From assembly GCA_029838195.1 (NCBI GenBank), contig JALGVJ010000004.1, positions 1 to 64,000 of the forward strand: a stretch of DNA of 64,000 nt, read 5' to 3'. The number at the start of each line of letters is the position of its first letter. The first letter of the stretch is position 1. The notes below the pieces were generated by a model that saw only the letters and a list, made by a program, of their open reading frames with translations, was not told where the DNA came from and made no database searches. Source of the DNA: Promethearchaeota archaeon. Lineage in GTDB: Archaea > Asgardarchaeota > Lokiarchaeia > Sigyniarchaeales > SOKP01. Below are positions 20,636 to 30,740 of the stretch, in pieces. A program made the translations under genes and the position numbers.

Positions 20636-20658
20636 TAAAATTTCAACTTGAAATTTTA
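20636..20658. repeat. Perfect inverted repeat TAAAATTTCAA-C-TTGAAATTTTA
   Basis: 11-bp arms with a 1-nt spacer inside a 1.1-kb non-coding gap. Confidence 0.6.
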
Positions 20659-21346
20659 TAACAATTTTTGAATCATTTTTGACATTTTATTAACCGATTA
20701 TTGAAGATATATTGAACAGACGGGATGTTCAATCAAAAATAAAAAATTTTCTTTCAAAAAAACGCTCCATTAGCTAATGATTGAATTATTATAAGTCATC
20801 TTAGAGAAATAGGGAATTTGCTTATATTTTTTAATTCCTAGCTGATGTTAATTTCATAAAAAAATGAATTGTGACTTTTTCTGTCAATTAAATTGAAAAA
20901 CTTAAATTTAGTTGAGAAAAAAATTTAGTATTTTAATAAGATATCCTTTTTACTGGAAGATTATAAATTTTTCATGAGTTTTCCGATTTCCTGATTAAAA
21001 ATTCTATTTAAGTTGGATAAAATTTATTTTAATTTAATTTTAGCATGTCTGAATTTTTTTCATGATGATATATTAAGCATTTAACATGAATTTTTTATCC
21101 CATAAAAATATTTGAATATAAGGTTTTTTTAAAACAATAATTTTAAACATATTTCTAACATGAGGTTCATTCTTATTGAAGGCTTTTTCTATTTTAGGTT
21201 TTCATAGGAATAAATTCAATTAAAAAAAACATGCGTGATTTCTTACTTTAAAACCTAAAAGGCATGGTTAATTCCTAATATCTTGTTAAAAAATCGAGAA
21301 TGAATGAGCCCAGATTCCTCTCTTATTATGGAATTAAGCCCCTTAT

Positions 21347-21886
21347 TCATAGGAATCCCGCATCTTTCATTACCAATCGCGTGATCATCAAGAAAACTTC
21401 TTCAACACCCTCACCTGTTTTAGATGAACATTCAATATAACCATTTAACCCGTTTGATTCGGCAATCTCTAATGCAGCCTCTCGACTAATAGATCTCCTC
21501 TCATTTAGATCTAATTTTCCTCCGACCATTATGATTGGAATTCTCTTTGGTATTTCTAAAGATCTCTTATTCACAATTTCCAGCCAATTTTTAAAATTTT
21601 TTATGCTTGAATAACGCGTGATATCATACATAAAAATTCCTCCATTAGCACCAATCATGTAGCTTGGCAATAGAAATCGGAATCTATCTTCTCCGGCGAA
21701 ATCCCATATTTGCAAAGAAACTTTTTTTCCATTTATTTCCACCCGTTTAATATGGAAATCAACACCGATTGTCATCTGAGAGCTTTCTTTAAACAATCCT
21801 GTTAAAAAGCGGTTCAGAAGTGTAGTTTTTCCCACCCCGCCATCGCCGAAAATACATATTTTAAACATGTAATCTAAGGGCGCCAT
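21347..21886 (-). CDS. Rab-like small GTPase
   Basis: FKICIFGDGGVGKT, TIGVDF, LQIWDFAGEDRF, GGKLD, ECSSKTG; ATG 21886 or TTG 21895 start. Confidence 0.93.
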   Translation of the reverse strand: MAPLDYMFKICIFGDGGVGKTTLLNRFLTGLFKESSQMTIGVDFHIKRVEINGKKVSLQIWDFAGEDRFRFLLPSYMIGANGGIFMYDITRYSSIKNFKNWLEIVNKRSLEIPKRIPIIMVGGKLDLNERRSISREAALEIAESNGLNGYIECSSKTGEGVEEVFLMITRLVMKDAGFL

Positions 21887-22014
21887 TTGTATCAATAGTT
21901 AATATAAAATTTTTTCATGATAATGTTAATTAACATATAAGAGAAACATTATAAAAATTTTAACAAACAAGATAAAGAAGAAAAGAGTTCTTGATTCAAA
22001 AACCATATCTTCCT

Positions 22015-23400
22015 TTATTCCATTTTTAAATGATTCGAATATTCCATTAAAAAATAATAATAAGACATGCGCATGGGAAGGATGGATTCCAATTGAATGA
22101 ATTCATTGGGACCATGGGCATGCCCTCCTATTCCCAATCCTCCGACTAAGAAATCTTTTCCGAGTTTCTTTTTGATAACGCTCAAAGGAGCTGCTGCAGC
22201 ACTAAACGGCCAGATTTCTGTAGAGTATCCCATGATTTCAAAACTTTTTATCAAACTTTTTACGAGAGGAGATTCCATATCAGTTCTGGAACCCTCGTAC
22301 CCGCTATTTTTAATCATTTCTACATGAAAGGGATGAGAACTTTTAAATTTTTTAACTTTTTGAAAAATTTCGTCATAAACTTCTTCAATCGAAAAATTGG
22401 GAGGAAGACGAATGTCAAGATTACAGGTGGCAGTATTAGGAACTATATTTTGGATGCCGGTTCCCAAATATCCGGCTTTAAATGTGGAAATATTGAAAGT
22501 AGGTTGGTATAAATATTTAATAAAAGCTTGTTCGAAATCTCTTTCAAGGAGCGTGTTAATTCCAACTTTTTTTTTAAATTTTTCCAAGCTAATTCCGTTA
22601 ATTATGTTTTTAATCATTGCTAGATCCACCTCTGAAATTTTCAGGGATTGGTTTAAACATTTGAGGTGGAATTGGCCATCATCGTAAATTATTTTTAATA
22701 GAGAAAGTAATTCAGATGCAGCATTAGGAATCATGGGTTTAAAAGAAGAATGGGTGATATTATTCAATGTATCCAGGTTAAAGGAAAGAGAAAGAATTCC
22801 CTTGTATCCTAATTTTAATACAGCTTTTTTATTAAGGGATTGTTTTGCTGCAGGATAATAGGCGCCCGAGCAATGAGTAAATGATAATTGATTTTTTTCA
22901 AGAAGATCAAGCAAAGTAGGAGAGCCAAGTTCTTCTTCTCCATCAAAAATGATGTAAAGGGTAAGGGGCAGCACCTCATGGTGTTTTAAAATTTTAACAA
23001 TATTTAGGAATGCTAAAAGAGGCGTTTTGGAATTATACGCCCCCCGAGCAACCACGCATTTACCCAAAGAGTTAAGTTCGGGTAAAGTTAAAATTTCTGC
23101 TCCAAAAGGAGCACTAACCCAATCTTTTTCATTGTTAATTGGTTGAGTATCGTACATGGTATAGATTATTAATCCTTTTTCACCGGTACCTTGAATTTTG
23201 GCTATCATTAAAGGGTTGATTTGAGGAGGATATTTGATAATTTCGGAGGCAATTTCTTCAATATATTCTAAGATGAAATTTTTAGCACGTTTAATCCCCT
23301 CATGATTATGTGTAAAACTCGGAATTCTCAAAAATGGGCGCAATTCTCTTTCAATGAACTCTTGGTTTGATTCTCTAATAGCACCTTCAATTTCGTCCAT
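22015..23400 (-). CDS. M20 family peptidase/amidohydrolase (ArgE/DapE-like), atypical metal ligands
   Basis: YTMYDTQP, ARGAYNSK, DGEEELGS, HGPNE. Confidence 0.85.
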   Translation of the reverse strand: MDEIEGAIRESNQEFIERELRPFLRIPSFTHNHEGIKRAKNFILEYIEEIASEIIKYPPQINPLMIAKIQGTGEKGLIIYTMYDTQPINNEKDWVSAPFGAEILTLPELNSLGKCVVARGAYNSKTPLLAFLNIVKILKHHEVLPLTLYIIFDGEEELGSPTLLDLLEKNQLSFTHCSGAYYPAAKQSLNKKAVLKLGYKGILSLSFNLDTLNNITHSSFKPMIPNAASELLSLLKIIYDDGQFHLKCLNQSLKISEVDLAMIKNIINGISLEKFKKKVGINTLLERDFEQAFIKYLYQPTFNISTFKAGYLGTGIQNIVPNTATCNLDIRLPPNFSIEEVYDEIFQKVKKFKSSHPFHVEMIKNSGYEGSRTDMESPLVKSLIKSFEIMGYSTEIWPFSAAAAPLSVIKKKLGKDFLVGGLGIGGHAHGPNEFIQLESILPMRMSYYYFLMEYSNHLKME

Positions 23401-23764
23401 TTTTTTTCACTTAAGTGTCTTTTATTAAACACATTAATTATAAAATTATAACGGGAATTGCCTATAAAAATATAATGATTAATTAATGAATGATGAATTA
23501 AAAAAAATACAAGCTTAATTTCTTTAATAAAAAATTCAATATATTTTTGTTATTCAAGAACTCCTTTATTACTAGTACCCTTTCTTTTTGTCTTAAATTT
23601 CCTTTCTTAATAATTCTCTTTACAAGGAGTTTAGTTTTATAAAGAATGGAAAATTACATTTACATGTAAAATTTTAAAACAATGTTTCTGGACCCATTTT
23701 CACTTAAGTATCATGTATTAGAAGCGGGTTTTTATAAAAATTTAAAGAAAATAGGCTAATACAC

Positions 23765-24115
23765 GTGAATGTTAACACTGACTTAAAAAATATCTTAAAA
23801 GAACTCTCTGAAAAAGCCAAGTTAATGGGTGCTTTTTATATTTCTCAAGATGGTTCCATTATAGATCATTTCTTTAGGGAATCCGTCAATCTTAACTCCC
23901 TTCCTGAAAATTTAAGTAAAATTATACAAAATTCAAAAGAATTGGGAATCCTCATAGGAAATGAAAGCTTCAAGCAAATCATTGCAGAATTGGATAATAA
24001 TACCATCCTCTTGTCTAAAATCACGGACGCCCGCTACTTAATATTAATATTAACGAGAAAATCCATCCTTCATGGAATTATAGACCCCTATTTAGAATAC
24101 CTTAAAAATTTTTAA
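23765..24115 (+). CDS. Divergent Roadblock/LC7 protein
   Basis: LKNILKEL..GAFYISQDGSII..FKQIIAELDNNTILL..YLILIL pattern; GTG start. Confidence 0.65.
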   Translation: MNVNTDLKNILKELSEKAKLMGAFYISQDGSIIDHFFRESVNLNSLPENLSKIIQNSKELGILIGNESFKQIIAELDNNTILLSKITDARYLILILTRKSILHGIIDPYLEYLKNF

Positions 24116-24227
24116 TAATTAAGAGGATTTGCTTTCAATTTACTTTTACTTCAAAAAAAAATTTCTCGGGCGAATTATTGAAATTTAGGCTGTTTGGAGT
24201 GCTTTTAAATAAAAAAATTAAATAGAT

Positions 24228-25481
24228 TTATTTATCTATTCGTTTTAAATATTCAAGGCAAATTTTTAAAAATTGCCCCAACGCTTCTTTTTCCACGACA
24301 TCGGGCGTGTCTAATCGCGTGTGATAATAAGGAACTAACTCATCTACTAAATTCAAAGAGCCCAATGAGGCGCATGGAATGCTCGCTTTAGAGAAAGTTG
24401 CCCCATCCGTGGCACCAAAGGGCAATGGAGCAATTTTGACGCTAGGATTAATTTTCTTAGCAATATCATATAGTTCTTCATACACTCGTGGGTCATGCTT
24501 AGCACCAATCCCCGATTCCTTATCGTGAATGATTATCACCTTGGTGCTACCAATGCTATCCATGTTAACGACAACCGCATTATTTTTTTTCAATTCATCC
24601 TCATGAGCCCGAAGATAACGCTTGGAACCTCGAAGCCCCGCCTCTTCTCCCGCAAAACTTACCAGTAAAACACGCGTTGACTGGGGAAAAATTGAGGGAT
24701 CATTTTTTTTCGAAGCTAAATAATTTCCGATTCCTAATAATACCGCAACTCCTGATAAATTATCGAATGCTCCAAGGACGGGTTTATATCCATGGAAAAA
24801 CACGTAAACAAAAACTATGGGTGTAAAACAAGCAAAAACGATCCCAAGAACTAGAAATAGCAAGGGAAGAGAAATATCTAAGAAAAGAAAAATTACTTTC
24901 AAGATGATACCAATTAATACAACGGCAACGCCGACATATCCCACGTTGATGATGACCTGTCCGAATCGCTTTAAATAATAAAACGTATTGAATTCGAAAG
25001 CAGAATCATGATGTGTGGAAAAAATCATGTCTCTTTTTGCCTCTCCGGAAGGATTAATGATGCCAATCACGTTTCTTGATTTTCTTTTCGGAAAAAATAT
25101 GTCAAAAACTTCATAATATTTCATGACTTCTAAAATGAAATAACTCACGGCAATCAAGATGAGAATGATGGCAAGGATTAGAAATGTCACCTCTAAGAGA
25201 GAGGATAAAAAAATCATGCTCAAATCATTTAATAGAACTAACCAATATAAGATTATTGCTACAAGCACCAAAAGAGCATTATACCTTATTCCGCCTAAAA
25301 ATGCGTGCGGACTACTCATGTATTCTTCTTGATTGGTCGTATCGCAAAATTTCTTGAACTCCGCTTCTATTTTGTCTCCTGCTAAAAGTTCTTGCTCCGT
25401 TCCTGCCTCTCGCGGCCCAATATTCTCGCAAATATCTTTTATGAAATCATACATGTAATCCATTAATTTCTCATCAATCAT
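24228..25481 (-). CDS. Membrane-embedded M28 family peptidase
   Basis: IGPREAGT, STHHDS, GAFDNLSGV, GEEAGLRGS, NMDSIG, GATDG, YHTRLD; four TMs. Confidence 0.88.
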   Translation of the reverse strand: MIDEKLMDYMYDFIKDICENIGPREAGTEQELLAGDKIEAEFKKFCDTTNQEEYMSSPHAFLGGIRYNALLVLVAIILYWLVLLNDLSMIFLSSLLEVTFLILAIILILIAVSYFILEVMKYYEVFDIFFPKRKSRNVIGIINPSGEAKRDMIFSTHHDSAFEFNTFYYLKRFGQVIINVGYVGVAVVLIGIILKVIFLFLDISLPLLFLVLGIVFACFTPIVFVYVFFHGYKPVLGAFDNLSGVAVLLGIGNYLASKKNDPSIFPQSTRVLLVSFAGEEAGLRGSKRYLRAHEDELKKNNAVVVNMDSIGSTKVIIIHDKESGIGAKHDPRVYEELYDIAKKINPSVKIAPLPFGATDGATFSKASIPCASLGSLNLVDELVPYYHTRLDTPDVVEKEALGQFLKICLEYLKRIDK

Positions 25482-25628
25482 TGTTCAAATAACTCCTTTT
25501 TTATCCAATTTTTTTTGATGTTAATAAATGTTCCTCTAAAAATAATACTTTCTTACCTTGGAGAAATAAAACGTCATGGAGAAAAATAAAGGAATAGAAA
25601 ATAAAAAAAAATTAAAAGAAGAATCTCT

Positions 25629-27344
25629 TTATTTCCGTGCCTCTTCTTCTCTTAAAGCTTTTTTCAACACCTTTCCAACTAATGTTAACGGAAGCTCCTC
25701 GCGAAATTCCCATATTTTCGGTACCTCGTATTTAGCAAGATTTTCTTGCGCAAATTTCTGTATGCTTTCCTTCACCTCTTCCGTTGCTTCAATTCCTTGC
25801 TTCAATTGCACGATCGCCTTGACAATTTCACTGCCCGGACGATTTGGATCCGGTACCCCAATAATGGCTAACAATTGGATGGCCGGATGTTTTGTCAAAA
25901 CTTCCTCTACATGGACACTATAAACCTTGAATCCGCTCACGCTTAGCATGTCTTTCGTGCGGTCTATAATTTTTAAATAGCCATCTTCGTCAAAGATTCC
26001 CACATCGCCCGTGTGGAGCCATCCATTGATCCAAGTTTGCACCGTTGCTTCAGGCTTTTTATAATATCCGTGAGTAATTTGAGGACCCTTAAGACAAATT
26101 TCACCCGGTTGTCCAACTTCAACTTCTTCTCCTGTTGAAACATCTACTAGTATGACTTCCGTATCCGGAAGAGGAAGCCCGACAGAGCCAATGCGTTTCT
26201 CTCCTAATGCGGGATTGACCGTTACGAGTACCGCAGATTCCGTCATACCATAAACCTCCACGAACTTATTTTGTGTATAAAATTGCTTTTCAAATTCTTT
26301 AATAGCTTCAGGTGGAAACGGTGCCGCCCCTGACACGTATAACGATATATTTTGTAATATCTCCGGAGGAATTTCCTTGGACTTGGGATTTCTCATTAGC
26401 ATCAAGTATAATGTGGGAACATTTCCAAAACAAGTTATCTTTTTATCGATGATTTCATGAATGATATGGTCCGTATCTCGTGGATTGGCAATGATCACGT
26501 GAGAAGATCCTATATATGTGAGAAAAAGCCCAATGAATAATCCGGCAATATGAAAATAAGGAAAAGCGGAAAGAGTTATGTCAGTTCCCTTCTTCCTGTT
26601 AAGCCACGTGTCAAATTGCTGCATATTTGCGTGCAAGTTAAAGTGAGTTATTTCAACGCCTTTTGGCTTGCCCGTCGTGCCCCCTGTATATTGGATTTGA
26701 GCTAAATCATTTTTTGGGTCGATTTCTACTTTCTTCAAATCAATGGGAGTTTCCACGGCTTCCAAAAAGGGTACCACTTTCTTACCCGGCCAGGGCTTGA
26801 TTTTTCCCGAAGGAATCTTCTTTATGAGTTTTCCCATGAACACTTTAAATTTCGAAAAGCCCATGAACTCGGAAATGTTGGTAGGAATGATCACTTCAAC
26901 TTTGGGCAATTTATCCAAGATTTTGCTAAAGATTTTTTCATAGACAATATCCATAGTTACGACAAACTTAGTATCCGAGTCATCTAATTGATAGGCAATT
27001 TCAGGAGGGCTTAATAGAGGTGAGCAGCCAGAACATATCCCTCCAGCAATATAAGTTCCATATACTGTGATTAGATATTGTGGGCTGTTTGGAATGTTCA
27101 CGGAAACTACGTCTCCTTTTTTTAGGCCATTTTTTTGGAGAAACGTTGCAAATTTTTGGGATAGATTTAAAATTTCGCCGTAGGTCATGGCTCTATCCAT
27201 GAAATAGAATCCGATTCTATCTTTAAACGTTTCCATGGCGTTGGTAAGGCACGTTCCCAAGTCCTCTAAGACATAATCAAGGGAGGGGGGAACATGCTTA
27301 TCATAGGATTTCAACCAGATTTTTTCTTTACTTGTAAAGGTCAT
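25629..27344 (-). CDS. Long-chain fatty acid-CoA ligase (FadD-like)
   Basis: YTGGTTGKPKG, YGMTE, GWLHTGD, LPLTLVGKVLK. Confidence 0.92.
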   Translation of the reverse strand: MTFTSKEKIWLKSYDKHVPPSLDYVLEDLGTCLTNAMETFKDRIGFYFMDRAMTYGEILNLSQKFATFLQKNGLKKGDVVSVNIPNSPQYLITVYGTYIAGGICSGCSPLLSPPEIAYQLDDSDTKFVVTMDIVYEKIFSKILDKLPKVEVIIPTNISEFMGFSKFKVFMGKLIKKIPSGKIKPWPGKKVVPFLEAVETPIDLKKVEIDPKNDLAQIQYTGGTTGKPKGVEITHFNLHANMQQFDTWLNRKKGTDITLSAFPYFHIAGLFIGLFLTYIGSSHVIIANPRDTDHIIHEIIDKKITCFGNVPTLYLMLMRNPKSKEIPPEILQNISLYVSGAAPFPPEAIKEFEKQFYTQNKFVEVYGMTESAVLVTVNPALGEKRIGSVGLPLPDTEVILVDVSTGEEVEVGQPGEICLKGPQITHGYYKKPEATVQTWINGWLHTGDVGIFDEDGYLKIIDRTKDMLSVSGFKVYSVHVEEVLTKHPAIQLLAIIGVPDPNRPGSEIVKAIVQLKQGIEATEEVKESIQKFAQENLAKYEVPKIWEFREELPLTLVGKVLKKALREEEARK

Positions 27345-27477
27345 GATTATCCCTTTTGAATTTATTAAATGGAATTATATAATATTGATTGGAACCTTTT
27401 TAAACCTTATCATGGAATAGAAGAATGGGTAAAAAAGGATGTAAAATTTAAAACGATTAAAAGATTTACCAAATATC

Positions 27478-28161
27478 ATGATAACTATTATTATTCTAAT
27501 AATATATTTGATAATGGCCGTTGCAGATATAATCGTGGTAGAAAAGAGACTCAAGAAGCTGGAATATGTCTTTAAGTGTTCTTTAATGCCTCTTTTAATC
27601 TTTTATTACGTGGTAAGCACTGTGGGAACTGCCATGATGGACGTATTGATAATTCTGGCACTTATTGGGGGTTTTTTTGGAGATTTTTTCTTAGTATTGG
27701 AAAATGAGGAGAAATGGTTTATTTTTGGAATGCTTGCATTTTTATTGGGGCACGTGTTCTATATTCTTTCCTTCATGTTTTCTCTTTGGAGTTATTTTGT
27801 AGCAGGGATTTCAATTAATTTAGTTTTTATCATACTACTCTTGTTCATTCCGGTGGTCGTCCTTATTGGATTTACTTATCCGAAATTTAATAAATTTTTA
27901 GGAGAGATGAACATTCCCGTACACGTGTACATGATAGCGATCTTGATAATGCATGTTTTTGCGACTTTGCGCGTGATTAGATTTGGCGTTTTCAGTTTCA
28001 TTTTAACGTGGCTGGGTTCCATTTTATTCATATCTTCTGACTCGCTGATTGCAATCAAGACTTTTAATAAAGAGTTAAAACTAAGGCACGTAGATGCCGT
28101 GATAATGGCAACTTATATATTAGGCCAATTTTTCATCATTCAAGGGCTTCTCATGGCGTGA
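27478..28161 (+). CDS. Lysoplasmalogenase (YhhN/TMEM86 family)
   Basis: FKCSLMP, GDFFL, GMLAFLLGHVFY, LFISSDSLIA, TYILGQ. Confidence 0.88.
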   Translation: MITIIILIIYLIMAVADIIVVEKRLKKLEYVFKCSLMPLLIFYYVVSTVGTAMMDVLIILALIGGFFGDFFLVLENEEKWFIFGMLAFLLGHVFYILSFMFSLWSYFVAGISINLVFIILLLFIPVVVLIGFTYPKFNKFLGEMNIPVHVYMIAILIMHVFATLRVIRFGVFSFILTWLGSILFISSDSLIAIKTFNKELKLRHVDAVIMATYILGQFFIIQGLLMA

Positions 28162-28260
28162 ATTAAACGAGATCTTGAAAAATGGTAAATTAACTTTTTT
28201 TTCACATCATTTTTTTGAAATTTTAAATTACAAAGTATAAAATAAGAATAAAATGATGAT

Positions 28261-29478
28261 TTAGAGGCCAAAAAATCGTGTCACTTCCATAACCACAGCT
28301 GAAATTAGAGGAACGGTGAAATTATCATTTATTCCCCGGGAAATGAGTTCCGTGATGGGGGCGGTTATCGCTCCTATGAGAATTATATACGTGGAGATAT
28401 TTATTAGAACATTAGACAGCACGTACCAACAAATGAGAACGGCTCCAAAATAGGCTAAAGTACCTTCAAGCGTCTTGTCGAAAATCGGGTGCTTTCCAAA
28501 ACCTAATCCAAAGATTTTACTGAAGAGATCACCAAATATTGCGAAGGCTACGGCAGTAATAGCGATATCTTTTTCAAATAGCAAGAGAACAATGAAAGTC
28601 CCTACTAAGAAGGCGCTCATTGAAGAGAACTTTTCTTCTTCTCCTTTCCTGAAAATGGTTTTTATACGTTTCGTAAGGAGTTCTTGAGTTGATTTACTGA
28701 GTATTTTAGAGAGGTCCATGAGGATAAAAGCTAATGAGACGGCTCCAATGATAATGATGGACGCGGGTTTTTCCAAGTAATAATGAAAGACAAGGAAAAG
28801 TACCGCAAAAGGCCGCAAGCCGGTACGCCACCAATGCGTCTTGAATTCTTCATTTTCGATGATAATATATTTCCGGTCGATGATGTTGTAAATACCGATG
28901 GTCATGATGTGAGCTAAAAGGATCCAGAGAAAAAGATTATAACTATTTCCTGGAAAACTTATAAGCACGTAAAATCCCAACAAGGGCAAGATGAGCACGG
29001 ATAGGAATTCTCCCACTCTGGTGATATAATAAAAAATTGCGACTAATACCAAGCAAAAAGCAATGAAGAGAAAAAAGTCCGGCCATTGTGTAATGAGGAG
29101 ATAATTGACCAGGTAAAAGAGCATGATTCCCACGGCACATGCCACGCCTTGTCCCCCTTTAAATTTAAGATAAAAGGGAAACACGTGTCCTACGATTGCC
29201 AGCAAGCCTGCTATTTGAATGAAATAAAAATTAGCTCCTAAAAGCGAAGCAATCCCCATGGCTAATAATCCTTTTAACGTATCGTAGATAGCTGTAGGGA
29301 TCGCATATATTAATCCTAAAGACCGATAAACGTTCATGGTGCCTGCGTTACACGTTCCCACGTTTCTGATGTCCACGCCTTTTAAGCGACCAAATAAATA
29401 AGCGGGTAAAACAGAGCCGATAAAATAGCCAAGAATGACGCTAATTATATTTGAAAACATTAAATTAATTGATTCCAT
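28261..29478 (-). CDS. plsY: PlsY glycerol-3-phosphate acyltransferase fused to a CTP-dependent lipid-kinase-like domain
   Basis: DIRNVGTCNAGTMN, DTLKG, GHVFPFYLKFKGGQGVA (PlsY); C-half GDLFSKIFG..KTLEG..INDNFTVP (dolichol/phytol/DAG kinase family). Confidence 0.85.
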   Translation of the reverse strand: MESINLMFSNIISVILGYFIGSVLPAYLFGRLKGVDIRNVGTCNAGTMNVYRSLGLIYAIPTAIYDTLKGLLAMGIASLLGANFYFIQIAGLLAIVGHVFPFYLKFKGGQGVACAVGIMLFYLVNYLLITQWPDFFLFIAFCLVLVAIFYYITRVGEFLSVLILPLLGFYVLISFPGNSYNLFLWILLAHIMTIGIYNIIDRKYIIIENEEFKTHWWRTGLRPFAVLFLVFHYYLEKPASIIIIGAVSLAFILMDLSKILSKSTQELLTKRIKTIFRKGEEEKFSSMSAFLVGTFIVLLLFEKDIAITAVAFAIFGDLFSKIFGLGFGKHPIFDKTLEGTLAYFGAVLICWYVLSNVLINISTYIILIGAITAPITELISRGINDNFTVPLISAVVMEVTRFFGL

Positions 29479-29675
29479 GGTAATTCCTCATTGAGAATAA
29501 TTATTTTCTCATGCTAAGTACATCAACATTTTATAAAAACATTATGTTACATTTTTTAATGCTTACCTTAATAGAAATTCAAAAGATAGCTTCAAAAACA
29601 TGAAACTTCATGATTTAAAAGTATTTTTAATTAAATTTCCACCCTTCTCTTAAATAATATTAGAAAAAAAACGTG

Positions 29676-30626
29676 TTAAATCAAAACCTTTCCCTCCTCT
29701 ATTATTTCTTCACCATCGATTTTAATTGTAACTTTTTTCATGACTCCATCGTGGTGGATATTGCTATATGTATTTCCTCCAATGTTTATGTTTTTTCCGA
29801 TTGCTAAATGAGCAGTTCCTTTCATCATTTTATCCCCAATCGTGCCGGTTGTTAATTTTAAGCAATGATTTGTTCCAATTCCTAATTCTGCTATATTATT
29901 AGCATTTTCATCTGCCGCTTGGATTATTGCCTTAATTTTTTCTGCCTCCTTTCCTCCTGAAATTTTCACGGCTCTACCCTTCTCGATCTCTACTTTAACA
30001 GGCGTCTTAATTGCTCCTACTTTTTCAAAAAATACATCGATGATCCACGTGCCTTGCGCAGTACCTTCTACAGGAGCAATGGCAGCTTCTGCATAATCTG
30101 GAACTGCACCCCATGCTCCGGATACAACATGCATGACTCGTAAAGGGGCAGATATTCTTCCTTTAATGGACAGGGAAACATCAGTTCCTTTTTTCGTACG
30201 AATGATTGCCTCATTCCCCTTGGTTAAAATTTCTGCTAATCTTTCCGTTAATTCTGTAATTTCTATTATGTCTTCTTTCGTAATGTCATATTTTATGTAG
30301 GGAACACCCCCGACTCTCGCTCCTAAATCAGTTGCAGCCCGTCGAGCGTTAGTATGTAAAAAAATTTGAATTAAACTAAAAGGTAAGGTGGCTAAAATCA
30401 CATCCGAATTTTTCATTTCTTCTTCGACGTGTTGAGGAGGTTCTATTTTCATTTCTTCATCCTTGACACGCATCACTTTTACTTTAGCACCTAATCTTTT
30501 TGCTTGTTCCGCCAAGATTTTTGCTTTATTTGAAAACAAGGGGGTAGTAATGATAAGCACTTTTTCATTCGGATTAATGCCCATGCACGTTTCTACTATT
30601 ACACGAGCTCCTTTTTTCACGCTCAT
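29676..30626 (-). CDS. Aminopeptidase T / thermophilic metalloprotease (M29-like)
   Basis: PNEKVLII, GTDVSL, IAELGIGTN, GTAHLAIG, SNIHHD. Confidence 0.8.
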   Translation of the reverse strand: MSVKKGARVIVETCMGINPNEKVLIITTPLFSNKAKILAEQAKRLGAKVKVMRVKDEEMKIEPPQHVEEEMKNSDVILATLPFSLIQIFLHTNARRAATDLGARVGGVPYIKYDITKEDIIEITELTERLAEILTKGNEAIIRTKKGTDVSLSIKGRISAPLRVMHVVSGAWGAVPDYAEAAIAPVEGTAQGTWIIDVFFEKVGAIKTPVKVEIEKGRAVKISGGKEAEKIKAIIQAADENANNIAELGIGTNHCLKLTTGTIGDKMMKGTAHLAIGKNINIGGNTYSNIHHDGVMKKVTIKIDGEEIIEEGKVLI

Positions 30627-30740
30627 GATTCCTTACAAGAAAACATGATGATTGTATTTTAATAAAAAGAGAGAAGGATGAGATTTAAATCAATTGGGTT
30701 TTTTTAAGAAATAAATGTTATAAAAATCTCTAAACAACAA

